A DNA stretch of 62,883 nt, filler included, from Octopus bimaculoides (Eukaryota), in assembly GCF_001194135.2 (NCBI RefSeq). It is 9 parts of 9 records of this genome, joined end to end, with 100 filler letters (N's around TTAATTAATTAA, not from the genome) between each part and the next. Parts side by side here need not be neighbours in the genome. Positions count along the whole stretch, not along the records: positions 39,819 to 42,098 come from NW_026434305.1; positions 42,199 to 44,992 come from NW_026435172.1; positions 45,093 to 51,296 come from NC_068988.1; positions 51,397 to 58,178 come from NC_069006.1; 5 more parts are not named here. One strand, written 5' to 3'. Both the position numbers and the translations under genes were made by a program. Below, piece after piece: positions 39,866 to 51,686 of the stretch (position 1 is its first letter; each line of letters begins with the position of its first letter). The notes under the pieces were generated by a model. That model was not told where the DNA came from. It saw only the letters and a program-made list of their open reading frames with translations, and ran no database searches.

Positions 39866-40058
39866 ATAGCGAGCTGACAAAATCACCAAGCAAAATACTT
39901 GGCAGGATTTCGTCTAACTTCACATTCTGAGTTCAAATTCTGCCAAGGTCAACTTTGCCTTTCATCCTTTTGGAGGTTGATAAAATAAGTATAACCTCCT
40001 CCCACAAACTAACTTCCTCCCCCAAAATTCAAGCCTTGTTTCTATAGTAGAAAGGATT
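39866..40058 (+). mobile_element. SINE family B, degenerate
   Basis: gcgagctgac head and ttctgagttcaaattctgccaaggtcaactttgcctttcatcc body. Confidence 0.78.
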
Positions 40059-40679
40059 TGACCGAAAACTCAGATTTTTCAATTCTATTTTACTATTATC
40101 AACATTTGCTACACAAATCCCAAAAGAATATTTTTCTCCCTTGTGTTCTGACCACTAACCCCCACCCTCTCTCTCTCTGCCTTACTTTGTCTCTCTCACT
40201 CTCTCTGCCTTACTCTGTCTCTCTCACTCTCTCTTTCTCTCTTTCGATTACCACTCGCTTCTCCAAGACTTCCTCCACCACCACCACCACCCTATATAAA
40301 CTAACGCACGCATTCTGATTCCCCTACACGATTTTAATACCTCTGCCAAAGAAATACGAATCTCAGAAGATGCTCAGATAAGAGGTTTTGTCTTTTCAAC
40401 CTCGTTCATCTACTCTTCTATTTATGCGCAGATCATAAACCCCTTATTTAGTTCTTTTCACTATTCTGTCTATTTCATTACCATGTCTTCACATTCATTC
40501 ATTTATTCAAGTTTATCACACAATCCCTTATTTCTATAATTCTGTCTTAGATTAGCTGACCGAAAACTCTTAGATTTTTCAATTCTATTTTACTATTATC
40601 AACATTTGCTGTCTCGTTAAACTATGCTACACAAATCCCAAAAGAATATTTTTCTCCCTCGTGTTCTGACCACTAACCC
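40059..40679. repeat. ~105-bp direct repeat (40059-40161 and 40557-40679)
   Basis: tgaccgaaaactc...gttctgaccactaaccc occurs twice. The second copy has a short insertion flanked by TGCT. Confidence 0.9.
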
Positions 40680-41493
40680 TTTCTCTCTCTCTCTCTCTCT
40701 CTCTNNNNNNNNNNNNNNNNNNNNNNNNNNNNNNNNNNNNNNNNNNNNNNNNNNNNNNNNNNNNNNNNNNNNNNNNNNNNNNNNNNNNNNNNNNNNNNNN
40801 NNNNNNNNNNNNNNNNNNNNNNNNNNNNNNNNNNNNNNNNNNNNNNNNNNNNNNNNNNNNNNNNNNNNNNNNNNNNNNNNNNNNNNNNNNNNNNNNNNNN
40901 NNNNNNNNNNNNNNNNNNNNNNNNNNNNNNNNNNNNNNNNNNNNNNNNNNNNNNNNNNNNNNNNNNNNNNNNNNNNNNNNNNNNNNNNNNNNNNNNNNNN
41001 NNNNNNNNNNNNNNNNNNNNNNNNNNNNNNNNNNNNNNNNNNNNNNNNNNNNNNNNNNNNNNNNNNNNNNNNNNNNNNNNNNNNNNNNNNNNNNNNNNNN
41101 NNNNNNNNNNNNNNNNNNNNNNNNNNNNNNNNNNNNNNNNNNNNNNNNNNNNNNNNNNNNNNNNNNNNNNNNNNNNNNNNNNNNNNNNNNNNNNNNNNNN
41201 NNNNNNNNNNNNNNNNNNNNNNNNNNNNNNNNNNNNNNNNNNNNNNNNNNNNNNNNNNNNNNNNNNNNNNNNNNNNNNNNNNNNNNNNNNNNNNNNNNNN
41301 NNNNNNNNNNNNNNNNNNNNNNNNNNNNNNNNNNNNNNNNNNNNNNNNNNNNNNNNNNNNNNNNNNNNNNNNNNNNNNNNNNNNNNNNNNNNNNNNNNNN
41401 NNNNNNNNNNNNNNNNNNNNNNNNNNNNNNNNNNNNNNNNNNNNNNNNNNNNNNNNNNNNNNNNNNNNNNNNNNNNNNNNNNNNNNNNNNNNN

Positions 41494-42098
41494 TGACAGG
41501 GACCTTCTCTTTGTGGCTGGTGACTTCAATGGACATGTTGGACAACATACAGGGGGCTTCCATGGCGTACATGGAGGCTATGGTTTTGGTTCCCGCAATG
41601 AGGAGGGAACTAGGCTGCTGGAGTTCTGCGATGCAAATGATCTTATGGTTTGCAATACTAACTTCAGGAAACCTGCCTGTCACCTAGTCACCTACTGTTC
41701 TGGCAGACACACTAGCCAAATTGACTACATCCTCACCAGGAAAAGGGGAAAATGGCTATTTATAAATGCCAAAAGCTTCTCAGGCGAAGAATGTACCCTA
41801 CAACATAGACTAGTAGTTAGTGACTTCAAGATCAGGGCTAAGTGGTTGCCCAGAAGACAACCAGCATGGAGGAAAAGGGTCTGGAAGATTAAAGATCCTG
41901 CGAATGGACAGAGATTTAGAGACATACTACTCGAAGCCTTTGACGAAATAGAAGGGGATATAGCTTCACATGATGTAGAAGACAACTGGAGGTTTCTACG
42001 GGACAACCTGCTGAGGGCCATTGATCAGATCTGTGGATGGTGAAAAGACCCCTCTCGACCCAAAATAACGTGGTGGTGGAACAATGTTGTTGACAGGG
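41494..42098 (+). mobile_element. RTE-clade LINE apurinic endonuclease domain fragment
   Basis: VAGDFNGHVG...RNEEGTRLLEFCDANDLMVCNTNFRK...SQIDYILTR...LQHRLVVSDF; one TGA at 42041, then WWWNN. Bounded by gaps on both sides. Confidence 0.92.
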
Positions 42099-42198
42099 NN
42101 NNNNNNNNNNNNNNNNNNNNNNNNNNNNNNNNNNNNNNNNNNTTAATTAATTAANNNNNNNNNNNNNNNNNNNNNNNNNNNNNNNNNNNNNNNNNNNN

Positions 42199-42522
42199 GA
42201 TCAACAGAACAGCCTGCTCGTGAAATTAACGTGCAAGTGGCTGAGCACTCCACAGACACGTGTACCCTTAACTTAGTTCTCGGGGATATTCAGCGTGACA
42301 AGGCTGACTCTTTGAATTACAGGCACAACAGAAACAGGAAGTAAGAGTGAAAGTTGTGGTGAAAGAGTACAGCAGGGTTCACCACCATCCCCTGCTGGAG
42401 CCTCGTGGAGCTTTTAGGTGTTTTTGCTCAATAAACACTCACAACGCCCAGTCTGGGAATCGAAATCGCGATCCTATGACCGCGAGTCCGCTGCCCTAAC
42501 CACTGGGCCATTGCGCCTCCAC
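42199..42522 (-). mobile_element. SINE family C, young copy truncated by a gap
   Basis: Minus-strand head ggaggcgcaatggcccagtggttagggcagcggactcgcgg; homologous to 25871-26257. Confidence 0.88.
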
Positions 42523-42575
42523 ACCACGTTCATTATCAGCGTATGTAAAGACACAACCTCTATGATCTCTGACTT

Positions 42576-42801
42576 GATTATTCCAGCATTTAAACTGGCC
42601 ATATCTGGTGCAAATATTCTACCTGTTTTATCTTCAAACTAGCTAGATCCAACCTCTCATACCTACCCTGCAATGTCATTCTAAAAATAAACAATTATTA
42701 CTTCAGAATATCAAACCCACATGATAATTCAGGATTAACTTCAAAGAATGTGAATAAATGAGCATCACATTTGGTAAAGTAATCTGAATGCTTACGGTTA
42801 A
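42576..42801. mobile_element. Possible piggyBac-type (TTAA) MITE, degenerate
   Basis: Right end aatgcttacggTTAA and left cagcattt are weakly complementary. The family call relies on recollection of such repeats. Confidence 0.35.
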
Positions 42802-42930
42802 CACATACGTTATACACTTACCAATTCATTATACATTTTTCAGAAGTAAATAACAAATAGGATTTCTTCATTTCTTATATTTTAATCAAGCCTGATAATT
42901 CAGTGAGGAAAATTTCTTGGAGGAATTAAT

Positions 42931-43055
42931 GGAGTGGCACATAAAAGCACCCACTACACTCTCGGAGTGGTTGGCGTTAGGAAGGGCATCCAGCTGTAGA
43001 AACTCTGCCAGATCAGAATGGAGCCTGGTGTAGCCATCTGGTTCACCAGTCCTCA
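42931..43055 (+). mobile_element. RTE-related SINE-like repeat D (another fragment near 44692-44762)
   Basis: ttggcgttaggaagggcatccagctgtagaaac resembles the conserved RTE 5' region motif aggaagggcatcc. Confidence 0.6.
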
Positions 43056-43274
43056 TTGGAGAAGATTGTTGATCAAAACACCTCATCTGTTTAATATAAA
43101 AATTATTGAAGACTTTATGATATTAATAAGTTCACAGACATGTTTGGATAGGACTTCATTCTACAACAGATTCTGTTAAAAGCAGGATTTGTATGTGTTT
43201 GACTTTTATTGAATATTTCATCTTAGCTAAAGTTTATGAAAATTAATTGATCCTTTTCTTTTTCTGTTCAATAG

Positions 43275-43379
43275 CCAGGAGAAACATGGACGAAAGCAAA
43301 TGATAGTTGTTTCCAGTGCCAATGTTCTGGTGGGAAAATTGTGTGCAATAGAATATGTCAAATTCCTACTTGTAGCGAA
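43275..43379 (+). CDS. Internal exon encoding a VWC-like cysteine-rich module
   Basis: Acceptor ccttttctttttctgttcaatag| and donor |GTAAGT; 105 nt, phase 0-0. PGETWTKANDSCFQCQCSGGKIVCNRICQIPTCSE fits W-x-C-x2-C-x-C-x2-G-x3-C-x3-C-x4-C of von Willebrand type C repeats. Confidence 0.85.
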
Positions 43380-43389
43380 GTAAGTATAT

Positions 43390-43595
43390 CTCTTTTACTC
43401 TTTTACTTGTTTCAGTCATTTGTCTGCGGCCATGCTGGAGCACCGCCTTTAGTCGAGCAAATCGACCCCAGGACTTATTCTTTGTAAGCCTAGTACTTAT
43501 TCTATCGGTCTCTTTTTGCCTAACCGCTAAGTTACGGGGACGTAAACACACCACCATCGGTTGTCAAGCATGGTCGGGGAGACAAACACAAACAC
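43390..43595 (-). mobile_element. SINE family A 3' half, young
   Basis: Near-exact reverse complement of 48770-48968. It begins 10 nt after the VWC exon donor. Confidence 0.9.
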
Positions 43596-43611
43596 ACAAA
43601 CACACATACAT

Positions 43612-43652
43612 ATCATCATCATCATCATCATTTAACATCCGCTTTCCATGCT
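43612..43652 (-). mobile_element. RTE-type 3' tail with (GAT)n
   Basis: Minus strand agcatggaaagcggatgttaaatgatgatgatgatg. The rest of the element lies in the adjacent gap. Confidence 0.65.
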
Positions 43653-45137
43653 NNNNNNNNNNNNNNNNNNNNNNNNNNNNNNNNNNNNNNNNNNNNNNNN
43701 NNNNNNNNNNNNNNNNNNNNNNNNNNNNNNNNNNNNNNNNNNNNNNNNNNNNNNNNNNNNNNNNNNNNNNNNNNNNNNNNNNNNNNNNNNNNNNNNNNNN
43801 NNNNNNNNNNNNNNNNNNNNNNNNNNNNNNNNNNNNNNNNNNNNNNNNNNNNNNNNNNNNNNNNNNNNNNNNNNNNNNNNNNNNNNNNNNNNNNNNNNNN
43901 NNNNNNNNNNNNNNNNNNNNNNNNNNNNNNNNNNNNNNNNNNNNNNNNNNNNNNNNNNNNNNNNNNNNNNNNNNNNNNNNNNNNNNNNNNNNNNNNNNNN
44001 NNNNNNNNNNNNNNNNNNNNNNNNNNNNNNNNNNCAATAAAACAAATAATTGAGTAATACTTCTCATTCATATTTTCCATTGACCACCCCTCGTTCTTGA
44101 CACCTGTGTACACCACTCTCTACATCCACCCCTTCACTCCTTTCTCCGTCCATCTGTCACTTTCCTCTAGATGCTCTTTCAACCTTTATCTCTACCCCCC
44201 CATCCCACCCTTTTTTGCTTATCTCTCATCTCTTTATCTGTCCCCTATCAACTATGTGATTCTGCATCTCACCACCCTTCCTAAACTGCCAATCACTTGA
44301 GTCACTTCTATTGACATTCACCTGTCATTTTTATCCCTGCCTCCCTCTCAGAGCACACAACTCCCACCATCACCACCACCACCACCACTCTTGTTCACCA
44401 TTCATTACCCCTATTTTTAACCATCTCTCATTCACACTCCTGCAGCCTTTATCCACCCACCCTTCCTGGGTTTTTTTGTCCCCCATACCCCGTTTTCTTT
44501 TTTTCACCTTGTACCTTAGAAGTATGATCTGACACCTCATCAACACAATCTTTATCTTTCCAGCTTCATCCCATTTTACTCCCTTCTACTCTTATATAAT
44601 TAATGGTAACTCTCTTTTCAACAAATCTGCTACTGTTCTTTCTACCATACTTTAGCCTCTCAAGATCTTATACTCTCTCCTTGTAAGTTTTGTGAGTTAC
44701 ATGACAATCCCAATAGTGCTGGTATCAGGGCCAAAGCACTCAGTGAGTACACTCTGTAAATGAGAACTCTTGGTGTAATTTTGTTGAAATGTGAATTTGT
44801 CTGAGAATATATTTATTAAATTAAATTTTATTTTATCCTTGTGTACACGCAGGATATACATCGCCCCTCCGACGCCTTTATTATTATTATTATTATTACT
44901 TTAAATTCAGATTCCAAATTCCACTAAGGTTGACTTCCTATTCATCCTTTCAAAGTCAATAAAATAAGTACCTGTTAAACACTGGGGTGGACNNNNNNNN
45001 NNNNNNNNNNNNNNNNNNNNNNNNNNNNNNNNNNNNTTAATTAATTAANNNNNNNNNNNNNNNNNNNNNNNNNNNNNNNNNNNNNNNNNNNNAAAGGGGC
45101 TGATTGCTACCTAGATCAGATTCCAGGAAACCCCAAA

Positions 45138-45169
<32 letters not shown>

Positions 45170-45194
45170 AGAAGAAGAAGAAGAAGAACAACAA

Positions 45195-45226
<32 letters not shown>

Positions 45227-45593
45227 ATAACAATAATTAAAGTGGAAAGCTGGCAGAATTGTTAGCACGGTGGATGGAATGCTTAGCGCATTTTGCCAGC
45301 CGCTACGTTCTGAGTCGGTACGTTCTCAACACATGCCTATGATGCTCCCCCACTACTTCTGCTCGTGATCAGAGATGCACATATCGTCAGCCACCAAGGG
45401 ACATGCTCAACTGGTTAAGGTCAAACAACTGACCAGCAAATCTGTGGTATTGAGCAGAATATTTGCTGTAGCCCATCTTTTATAATAAAGCAAATGTGCA
45501 AAACAATATACATGATAACACTTCCAATAAGTTAAGATCAGAAGCCATGAGAGCCACTGTCTGGTACTGCATCGGGGCATTTATTATTATTAT

Positions 45594-46410
45594 TTACGTG
45601 TAGGACGGATCCGGCTATCAACTGAATCCATCGTGAGGATTGACCCGCCGACCTCCTTTAACCGGGAGGGCAAGGCAATTTTCCTATGCCTAGTGGCTGT
45701 AGCGAAAGAGGTGATATGGCGGACCCGTTTGAAAGGGCTAAAGACAGACACTTTCCTCTTTGGCCAAGGCTTCATCAACTTTTTCAAGTTCCACTTGAAA
45801 AGGAAGATGAGAGTAGAGAGTGAAGTGCTGTCTCATAGCAAATTCGTTGAAAGATGGGTGACTGTTGGAAGAATGGCCAGTATAAACGGACCAATTCTGA
45901 GAATANNNNNNNNNNNNNNNNNNNNNNNNNNNNNNNNNNNNNNNNNNNNNNNNNNNNNNNNNNNNNNNNNNNNNNNNNNNNNNNNNNNNNNNNNNNNNNN
46001 NNNNNNNNNNNNNNNNNNNNNNNNNNNNNNNNNNNNNNNNNNNNNNNNNNNNNNNNNNNNNNNNNNNNNNNNNNNNNNNNNNNNNNNNNNNNNNNNNNNN
46101 NNNNNNNNNNNNNNNNNNNNNNNNNNNNNNNNNNNNNNNNNNNNNNNNNNNNNNNNNNNNNNNNNNNNNNNNNNNNNNNNNNNNNNNNNNNNNNNNNNNN
46201 NNNNNNNNNNNNNNNNNNNNNNNNNTATTTATCTATTTATTTATTTATTTATTATATCTTTCTCCGTTTTCTTCCTCTGTTTAGACGAACGTTCCTACCT
46301 TTTCGGACAAAACCTTTTGTAACTTTCGTCCTGTCTTTGTCCTTACATGGTTTTTAATTGATATTAGCCCTTGTGGCCAATAAATCGAGGTAATTATTAT
46401 TATTATTATA
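45594..46410 (+). mobile_element. 5'-truncated Tx1/L1-clade LINE 3' end
   Basis: LRVGRIRLSTESIVRIDPP...FLCLVAVAKEVIWRTRLKG...FFKFHLKRKMRVE...KFVERW (ORF2 C-terminus). A pyrimidine-rich 3' UTR with aataaa and a (TAT)n tail follows the gap. Confidence 0.7.
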
Positions 46411-46837
46411 ACAACGAAATCAAAGTGAATTTTTTTTCAAAAAAAAAAAAAACAAGAGAAAGAAAAAGAAACCAAGAACAGAAAGATAAACAAAAGCAAG
46501 CAATAAACCTGAACCCACGCCCTCTCCCATTATGCCCATCCCCACTGTAACTTGTTCGTCAACAATCTAGAATTAACAAAGCTTTATTATTAATAACATC
46601 AAGTGAAGAAAATATGTACGATTCATACAAAGACCGCAATGCATATAATGTAGATTTCTTTACATACATACATACATTCATACTTATATACATATGTATG
46701 TATGTATGTATGTATACACATATTATGTGTATTTACATGTTAAACGAACAAACGAATGGATTTTAAATTTTACGGCAATTGTTTTGCTGAGAACCTTCCT
46801 TTAAGATAAGAAACTTTATTTACTAAACGCATAATGT

Positions 46838-47178
46838 GGAGGCGCGATGGCCCAGTGGTTAGGGCAGTGGACTCGCGGTCTTAGGATTGCGGTTTCGATT
46901 CACAGACCTAAAGCTCCTCGAGGCTCCGGCAGAGTGTGGTGGCGAACCCTCATGTATTCTTTCACAACAACTTGTTCTCACTCTTTCTTCCTGTTTCTCT
47001 TGTACGTGTATTTCAAAGACGTGCAAGTGGCTGAGCATTCCGCAGACACATTTACCCTTAACGTAGTTCTGGGGGAGATTCAGCGTGGCACCTTGGGCAA
47101 GTGTCTTTTACTATAGCCTCGGGCCGAGCAAAGCCTTGTGATTGGATTTGGTAGACGGAAATTAGAAGAAGCTCGTAG
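46838..47178 (+). mobile_element. Chimeric SINE: C head + inverted C core + A body
   Basis: 46838-47018 is the family C head on the plus strand, 47019-47087 is the family C internal segment in the opposite orientation, and 47083-47178 is the family A body. Confidence 0.8.
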
Positions 47179-47190
47179 TATATGCATATA

Positions 47191-47231
<41 letters not shown>

Positions 47232-47641
47232 TTATACAAGATTGAAATAAGTTATCGTTATCTATAAAAATAATGATGTGGCCAGCAAACATAATTCAAA
47301 TGTGCAAAATATATATTTAAAGTCAGCGTACAATATGTACGTGTTTATTTGAAAGAATAATAAAACTCTCCAAAACCATGTATTTCTCACTATATGTAAT
47401 CACGCACAGAGAATGTAGCAAATACATTTAGAAAAACGGTTTTTTCCAGTTTGTAAATATACAAATAGGAGGATAGATATCCCAGTATCAATTGATTTCG
47501 CTTTCTATTTCGAAGTGACACTTAAAGCACGTCAGTTAGGCTTACTACTTAAACTATTTTTAAAGATATATTTACCCTTCTTATATGCTCATATATCTAC
47601 ACTCACACACGCGCTATGATATTTATATATAGCCATAGGCA

Positions 47642-47812
47642 CAGGCGTGGCGGTGTGATAAGAGATTTGGTTCCCAACCATATTGTTCTGGGTTCATTCC
47701 CACTGCCTGGCACCTTCGGCAAGTGTTTTGTTTTATAGCCTTGGGTAGACCAAACACCAAAACCATGTGAGTGGATTGGGGAGACGGAAACTGAAAGACG
47801 TCCGCCATATAT
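47642..47812 (+). mobile_element. SINE family A 5' half
   Basis: ggcgtggcggtgtgataag...gagacggaaactgaaaga. Confidence 0.78.
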
Positions 47813-48115
47813 GTGTGTGTGTGTGTGTGTGATACAAGGTACCCCTTGTAAAATCATCTGACGAGATAATTTTGACCCGAAGGATGAAACCACAGCCAGT
47901 TGCACAATATCCCACCCGAGATGGATCGATGCATCATGGGTAGAAACGATCGTCGTGAGCAATAAACTTTCTCGTATAATCAATTTTCTGTGTCTATCAT
48001 TTGTATGTATGTATTTGTGTGTGCGTGTATGTGTATGCATACGCACACACACACACACACACATCTATCTATCTATCAGTCTATCTCTCTCTCCCGCACT
48101 CTCTCACTCTCTCTA

Positions 48116-48154
<39 letters not shown>

Positions 48155-48156
<2 letters not shown>

Positions 48157-48525
48157 CACGAACTTCTTTCAGTTTCCGTCTAGCAAATCCACTCAGAACG
48201 CTTTAGTCGACCTGAGGCTATAGACTAAGACACTTGCCCAAGGTACCACGCAGTGGGACTGAACCCGGAACCATGTGGTTGGGAAGCAAACTTCTTACTA
48301 CACAACATTTATATCTATGTACATGTATCTTTGTGTCTGCGTTTGTCCCCTGTCATCGTTTAACAACCGGTGTTAGTGTGTTTACGTCCACGTATCTTAC
48401 TCGTTCGGTAAAAGCGTTCAATACAGTAATAACCAGGTGCTGGAGCTGATTCATTCGACGAAAAACTCTTCAAGACGAGTGCTCCAGCATGGCTGCAGTC
48501 TGCTGACTACAACAATTTAAAGACA
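48155..48525. mobile_element. SINE family A: 5' half on minus (48155-48306) next to 3' half on plus (48325-48525)
   Basis: The orientation switch is seen by comparison with 48582-48968. Confidence 0.75.
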
Positions 48526-48581
48526 GGCATAGATACACACACAGACACACACTCACACACACACACATATATATTATATAT

Positions 48582-48968
48582 GGAGTGGCTGTGTGGTAAG
48601 TAGCTTGCTTATCAACCACATGGTTCCGGGTTCAATCCCACTGCGTGGCATCTTGGGCAAGTGTCTTCTACTATAGCCTCGGGCCGACCAAAGCCTTGTG
48701 AGTGGATTTGGTAGACGGAAACTGAAAGAAGCTCGTCGTATATATGTATATATGTGTATGTGTTTGTCCCCCCAACATCGCTTGACAACCGATGCTGGTG
48801 TGTTTACGTCCCCGTAACTTAGCGGTTCTGCAAAAAGAGATCGATAGAATAAGTGCTAGGCTTACGAAGAATAAGTCCTGGGGTCGATTTGCTCGACTAA
48901 AGACGAGTGCTCCAGCATGGCCGCAGTCAAATGACTGAAACAAGTAAAAGAGTAAAAGAGTAAAAGAG
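48582..48968 (+). mobile_element. SINE family A, full length and young (reference copy)
   Basis: tRNA-like head ggagtggctgtgtggtaag...ggttccgggttcaatccc, central TA/TG tract and (GTAAAAGA)n tail. Confidence 0.92.
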
Positions 48969-49101
48969 ATATATGTATCACACCCAATTCCAAAACATCC
49001 GACCCCTTACTTCTGTCGCTTTGTGTGTATATGATTGTGCATCTGTCCTCACACTCACACGCACACACATACCTACATCCCGTCTGTCTCTCTCCCTCTT
49101 T

Positions 49102-49142
<41 letters not shown>

Positions 49143-49554
49143 TTTCTTTCTCTGCGTCACTGTTGTTCACTCCTTACGTTACTCTCTATCCTTGAACACC
49201 CGCAAATCTATCCGCTTATATCAACACCAACAACAGCTCCACATCAATCCACAAACACCATCTCTTCGCACACTCGCGCAGAGAAGGGACACAAACAGAG
49301 GAAGAGAGAGAGAGAGGGGAAGAGAGAGACAGAGAAAGACAGAGAGAAAGAAGGGAGGTAGAAAGAAACAGTGAAAAAGAGAGAGAGAGAGAGAAAGTAG
49401 AATAGTTTTCAAATCACCGCCCTTACTCCAAGCACAAACAATAATAGTGAAAACAGAAAAATGTCTAAAAACAAAAAAAAAAACAAGGAAAGAAACCGAA
49501 CGAACCACCTTACACATATCCATACACCCCTCCCACCCCTACCACCACTACCAC

Positions 49555-49795
49555 CACCATCGTCGACGCCGTCGGGTCTCCGCCGTATCTGAGCCGAGTC
49601 AGTGCGTGGTAGGCACGTCGCCCACCCGGTCTCACGGCAGGCCGGCGCCAGAATGTCTTTACCTGACCAATGTGTTATTGTTCACTTTATCTAATCAGGC
49701 ACCTGCTTTGAAAATCCCCCCCCCCACCGAATATTGTCGCCGCCGCCACCGCCAGCGCTGTCGTCGTCGTCGTCGTCGACGTATGAGTCGTTTCT
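49555..49795. promoter_or_regulatory. CpG-rich non-repetitive island, candidate cis-regulatory element
   Basis: Dense CpGs in an otherwise AT-rich window. The core has CCAAT, ATTGTT (Sox-like), TAATC and CACCTG (E-box) motifs. Confidence 0.35.
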
Positions 49796-50078
49796 ACACA
49801 CAAGGTGCATAGACATTGACAAACGCACACACACATACCTATATACATATGTTTACAAATGCCTCTCTGTGTGTATGTGAGTGTGAGTGTGAGTGTGAGT
49901 GTGAGTGTGTGTGTGTGTATTATATACATATGTTAATACACAGATATGCCAGAATTGGAGACACAAACACACAATTACATATATTTACATACATACAAGC
50001 ATAGATACAGAAATGGCAGACAAGTACAGAAACGCACACACGCACACGCATACAGACATACACAAACACGTATAAAGA

Positions 50079-50426
50079 GGCATGGCTGTGCGGTTAGGAG
50101 CTTGCTTGCCAAAAACATGGTTCCGGGTTCAGTCCTACCGCGTGGAACCTTGGGCAAATGTCTTCTACTATAGCCTCGAGCCGACCAAAGCCTTCTGAAT
50201 GGATTTGGTAGACGGAAACTGAAAGAAGACTGTTGTGTATATATGTGTGTATGTGTGTGCGTGTATATATGTGTCTGTATTATTCCCCCCCCCCGCCACC
50301 ATGTCCTGACAACCGATGTTAGAGTGTTTACAACCCTGTAACCTAGCGGTTCGGAAAAGACAACGATAGAATAGGTACTAGGCTTACAAAGAATAAGTCC
50401 TGGGGTCGATTAATTCGACTAAAGGC
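50079..50426 (+). mobile_element. SINE family A, truncated by a gap
   Basis: Homologous to 48582-48968. Confidence 0.85.
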
Positions 50427-50574
50427 NNNNNNNNNNNNNNNNNNNNNNNNNNNNNNNNNNNNNNNNNNNNNNNNNNNNNNNNNNNNNNNNNNNNNNNNNN
50501 NNNNNNNNNNNNNNNNNNNNNNNNNNNNNNNNNNNNNNNNNNNNNNNNNNNNNNNNNNNNNNNNNNNNNNNNNN

Positions 50575-50607
<33 letters not shown>

Positions 50608-50924
50608 GATATACAGAGACATGCTTGCGCGCACATGTACGAACATATATATATATACAGAAACGTACGTATGCACACACACACACACATACACACACAC
50701 GCGCATACATATATATAGGTCACATGTGCGTGCGCGTAAGCGTGTGTTTGTGGGTGAATATTTTGCTGCGTGCGCGCGCATATATAACTTATGCATATAC
50801 AGGCACAGGTATGCGAGTACGTAGAAACAATTGAAAGAAGGTAGATTTTAATATAATAAAACACACGCAAATATTTAGACATAAATATGTCTCTATCTTT
50901 ACATATGATATCTGTACGGGTTTT

Positions 50925-51115
50925 GTGTGTGCTTGCGTGTGTGGGCGTGTGTGTGTGTGTGTGTTTGTGTTTGTGTGTGTAACGTGTGTGTTTGTGTGTG
51001 TGCGTGTGTGTGTGTGTGTATGTATGCATATTTATGTGTGCTTGCGTGTATTTGTGTGTGTGCGTTTTTGTTTGTGTTTGGTGTGTGTGTGCATGTGTGT
51101 TTGTTTATGTGCGTT

Positions 51116-51172
<57 letters not shown>

Positions 51173-51296
51173 TTGTGTGTGAACGTTTGTGTGTGTGTTT
51201 GCTTGTGCGTGTATGCGTGTGTGTATGTGTGTGCTTGTGTCTGTGTGTGTAATATGTGTGTTTGCATGTGTGTGTGTGCGTGTGTGTTTGTGTTTG
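50925..51296. repeat. Degenerate (TG)n array
   Basis: Seen directly. Confidence 0.95.
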
Positions 51297-51396
51297 NNNN
51301 NNNNNNNNNNNNNNNNNNNNNNNNNNNNNNNNNNNNNNNNTTAATTAATTAANNNNNNNNNNNNNNNNNNNNNNNNNNNNNNNNNNNNNNNNNNNN

Positions 51397-51455
<59 letters not shown>

Positions 51456-51607
51456 GTAATGTGTGGGAGTGTGTGAATGTGATTGCCTATCTCTATTAAG
51501 CTGCTTTATATATCTCAAAGAGTACTTATATAGATATAGAGAGCATTTAGATTAAATATAATTGAACACGAGTGTATTTACTTTATGTACACAAACACAC
51601 AAACACA

Positions 51608-51646
<39 letters not shown>

Positions 51647-51686
51647 ATATGTATATACATACATCGCAAGGGTGGCTATAGGTGCT

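Noticed and set aside
49663-49702. 40-nt minus-strand exon with plausible acceptor and donor
   Set aside because: Stops occur in all three frames. It could only be non-coding, and there is no supporting evidence.
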